Origin: Octopus sinensis
Lineage: Eukaryota
Direction: 5' to 3'
Length of the DNA stretch: 64,000 nt
Assembly (NCBI RefSeq): GCF_006345805.1
Contig: NC_043003.1
Location: forward strand, 102,114,001 to 102,178,000
Part shown: in pieces, positions 63,288 to 64,000 of the stretch
Layout: each line of letters opens with the position of its first letter
Numbering within the stretch: the first letter of the stretch is position 1
Notes under the pieces: generated by a model
What the model was told of the DNA's origin: nothing
Databases searched by the model: none
Seen by the model: only the letters and a program-made list of their open reading frames with translations
Translations under genes and position numbers: made by a program

Positions 63288-64000
63288 ATGTATGTATATA
63301 TGTCTGTCTGTCTGTCTGTATGTATGTATGTATGTGTATATATATATATATATGAATTTTTTGCATAATGAGATAAAAAACCAAGGCTGTGTAGATATTA
63401 GAACATTTATAGATAGGTCTTACAGCTGTTTCCAGGATATTTATTAATTAGATGGTGTGAGAGGATGGTTAAGTAATAGTTAATTTAGATAGGATACAAA
63501 ATAGAGAGTGAAGTGGAGGAAAGAAAATAGATGTGAGATATGTAGGGATATTGAAGTTAGTTGAACAAATAAAATCTCACCTACATATATTTATATACAC
63601 ACATACACAAACATGTACTATTAAAAGACATATGCACATATACGAAAATATATAAATGTGTGAGTGTATGTGTGTGTGCATGTATGTGTGCATGTATGTG
63701 TGTGTATGTGTGAGTATGTGTGTGTGTGTGTTCAATGATTCAGCTGTGAGTTTACATAAGTAATTCAAGAACTGAGATTTTTGTGCATTGCCCTTATCAA
63801 ATTCAATGTACGAAACTCTCAGCTCTTGGGTCTCTGATATTATTTTACAACTGAATAAAACATATATACAATCTTATGCATTGATGTCTATTTTTCCTGT
63901 TTTTTCTAGCATTCAAGTAAAAGCTATTTTGCTGCACTCCCTGTTTGTTAATTAATGGTAATCTAGTAAACAAGATAGTTTTATATTTACAATTTCATCT

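Noticed and set aside
63730-63880. Possible further upstream tetraspanin exon (acceptor-like ttattcag on -)
   Set aside because: No frame gives tetraspanin-like sequence ending at a phase-0 donor.

Overview
AT-rich, microsatellite- and transposon-dense eukaryotic DNA. The repeat content suggests a coleoid cephalopod such as Octopus; this is an inference, not a database match. Two convergent spliced genes were reconstructed by hand, and neither is shown whole by the ORF track. (1) A 12-coding-exon gene on + (CDS 5122-32851, 1167 nt, 388 aa, all introns GT-AG, phases consistent) encodes a PRAS40/AKT1S1 homologue. It keeps the C-terminal IAASMKAL and [11 protein letters not shown] motifs but has an N-terminal CxC...CxxC module and a coiled coil instead of a proline-rich region. 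(2) The last three coding exons of a tetraspanin lie on - (63145 to 58493); its 5' part runs off the window. The rest is SINEs, Helitrons, piggyBac-like MITEs, two Tc1/mariner relics, CR1 and RTE LINE fragments, a Penelope GIY-YIG relic and a Gypsy integrase relic. The most notable hidden signal is a set of ~200-bp microsatellite-anchored repeats carrying minimal type-I hammerhead ribozyme folds. There are two families, one with a non-canonical CUGU-N-GA core, and all four intronic copies lie antisense to their host gene. Several long fold-backs and a templated inverted insertion also occur.
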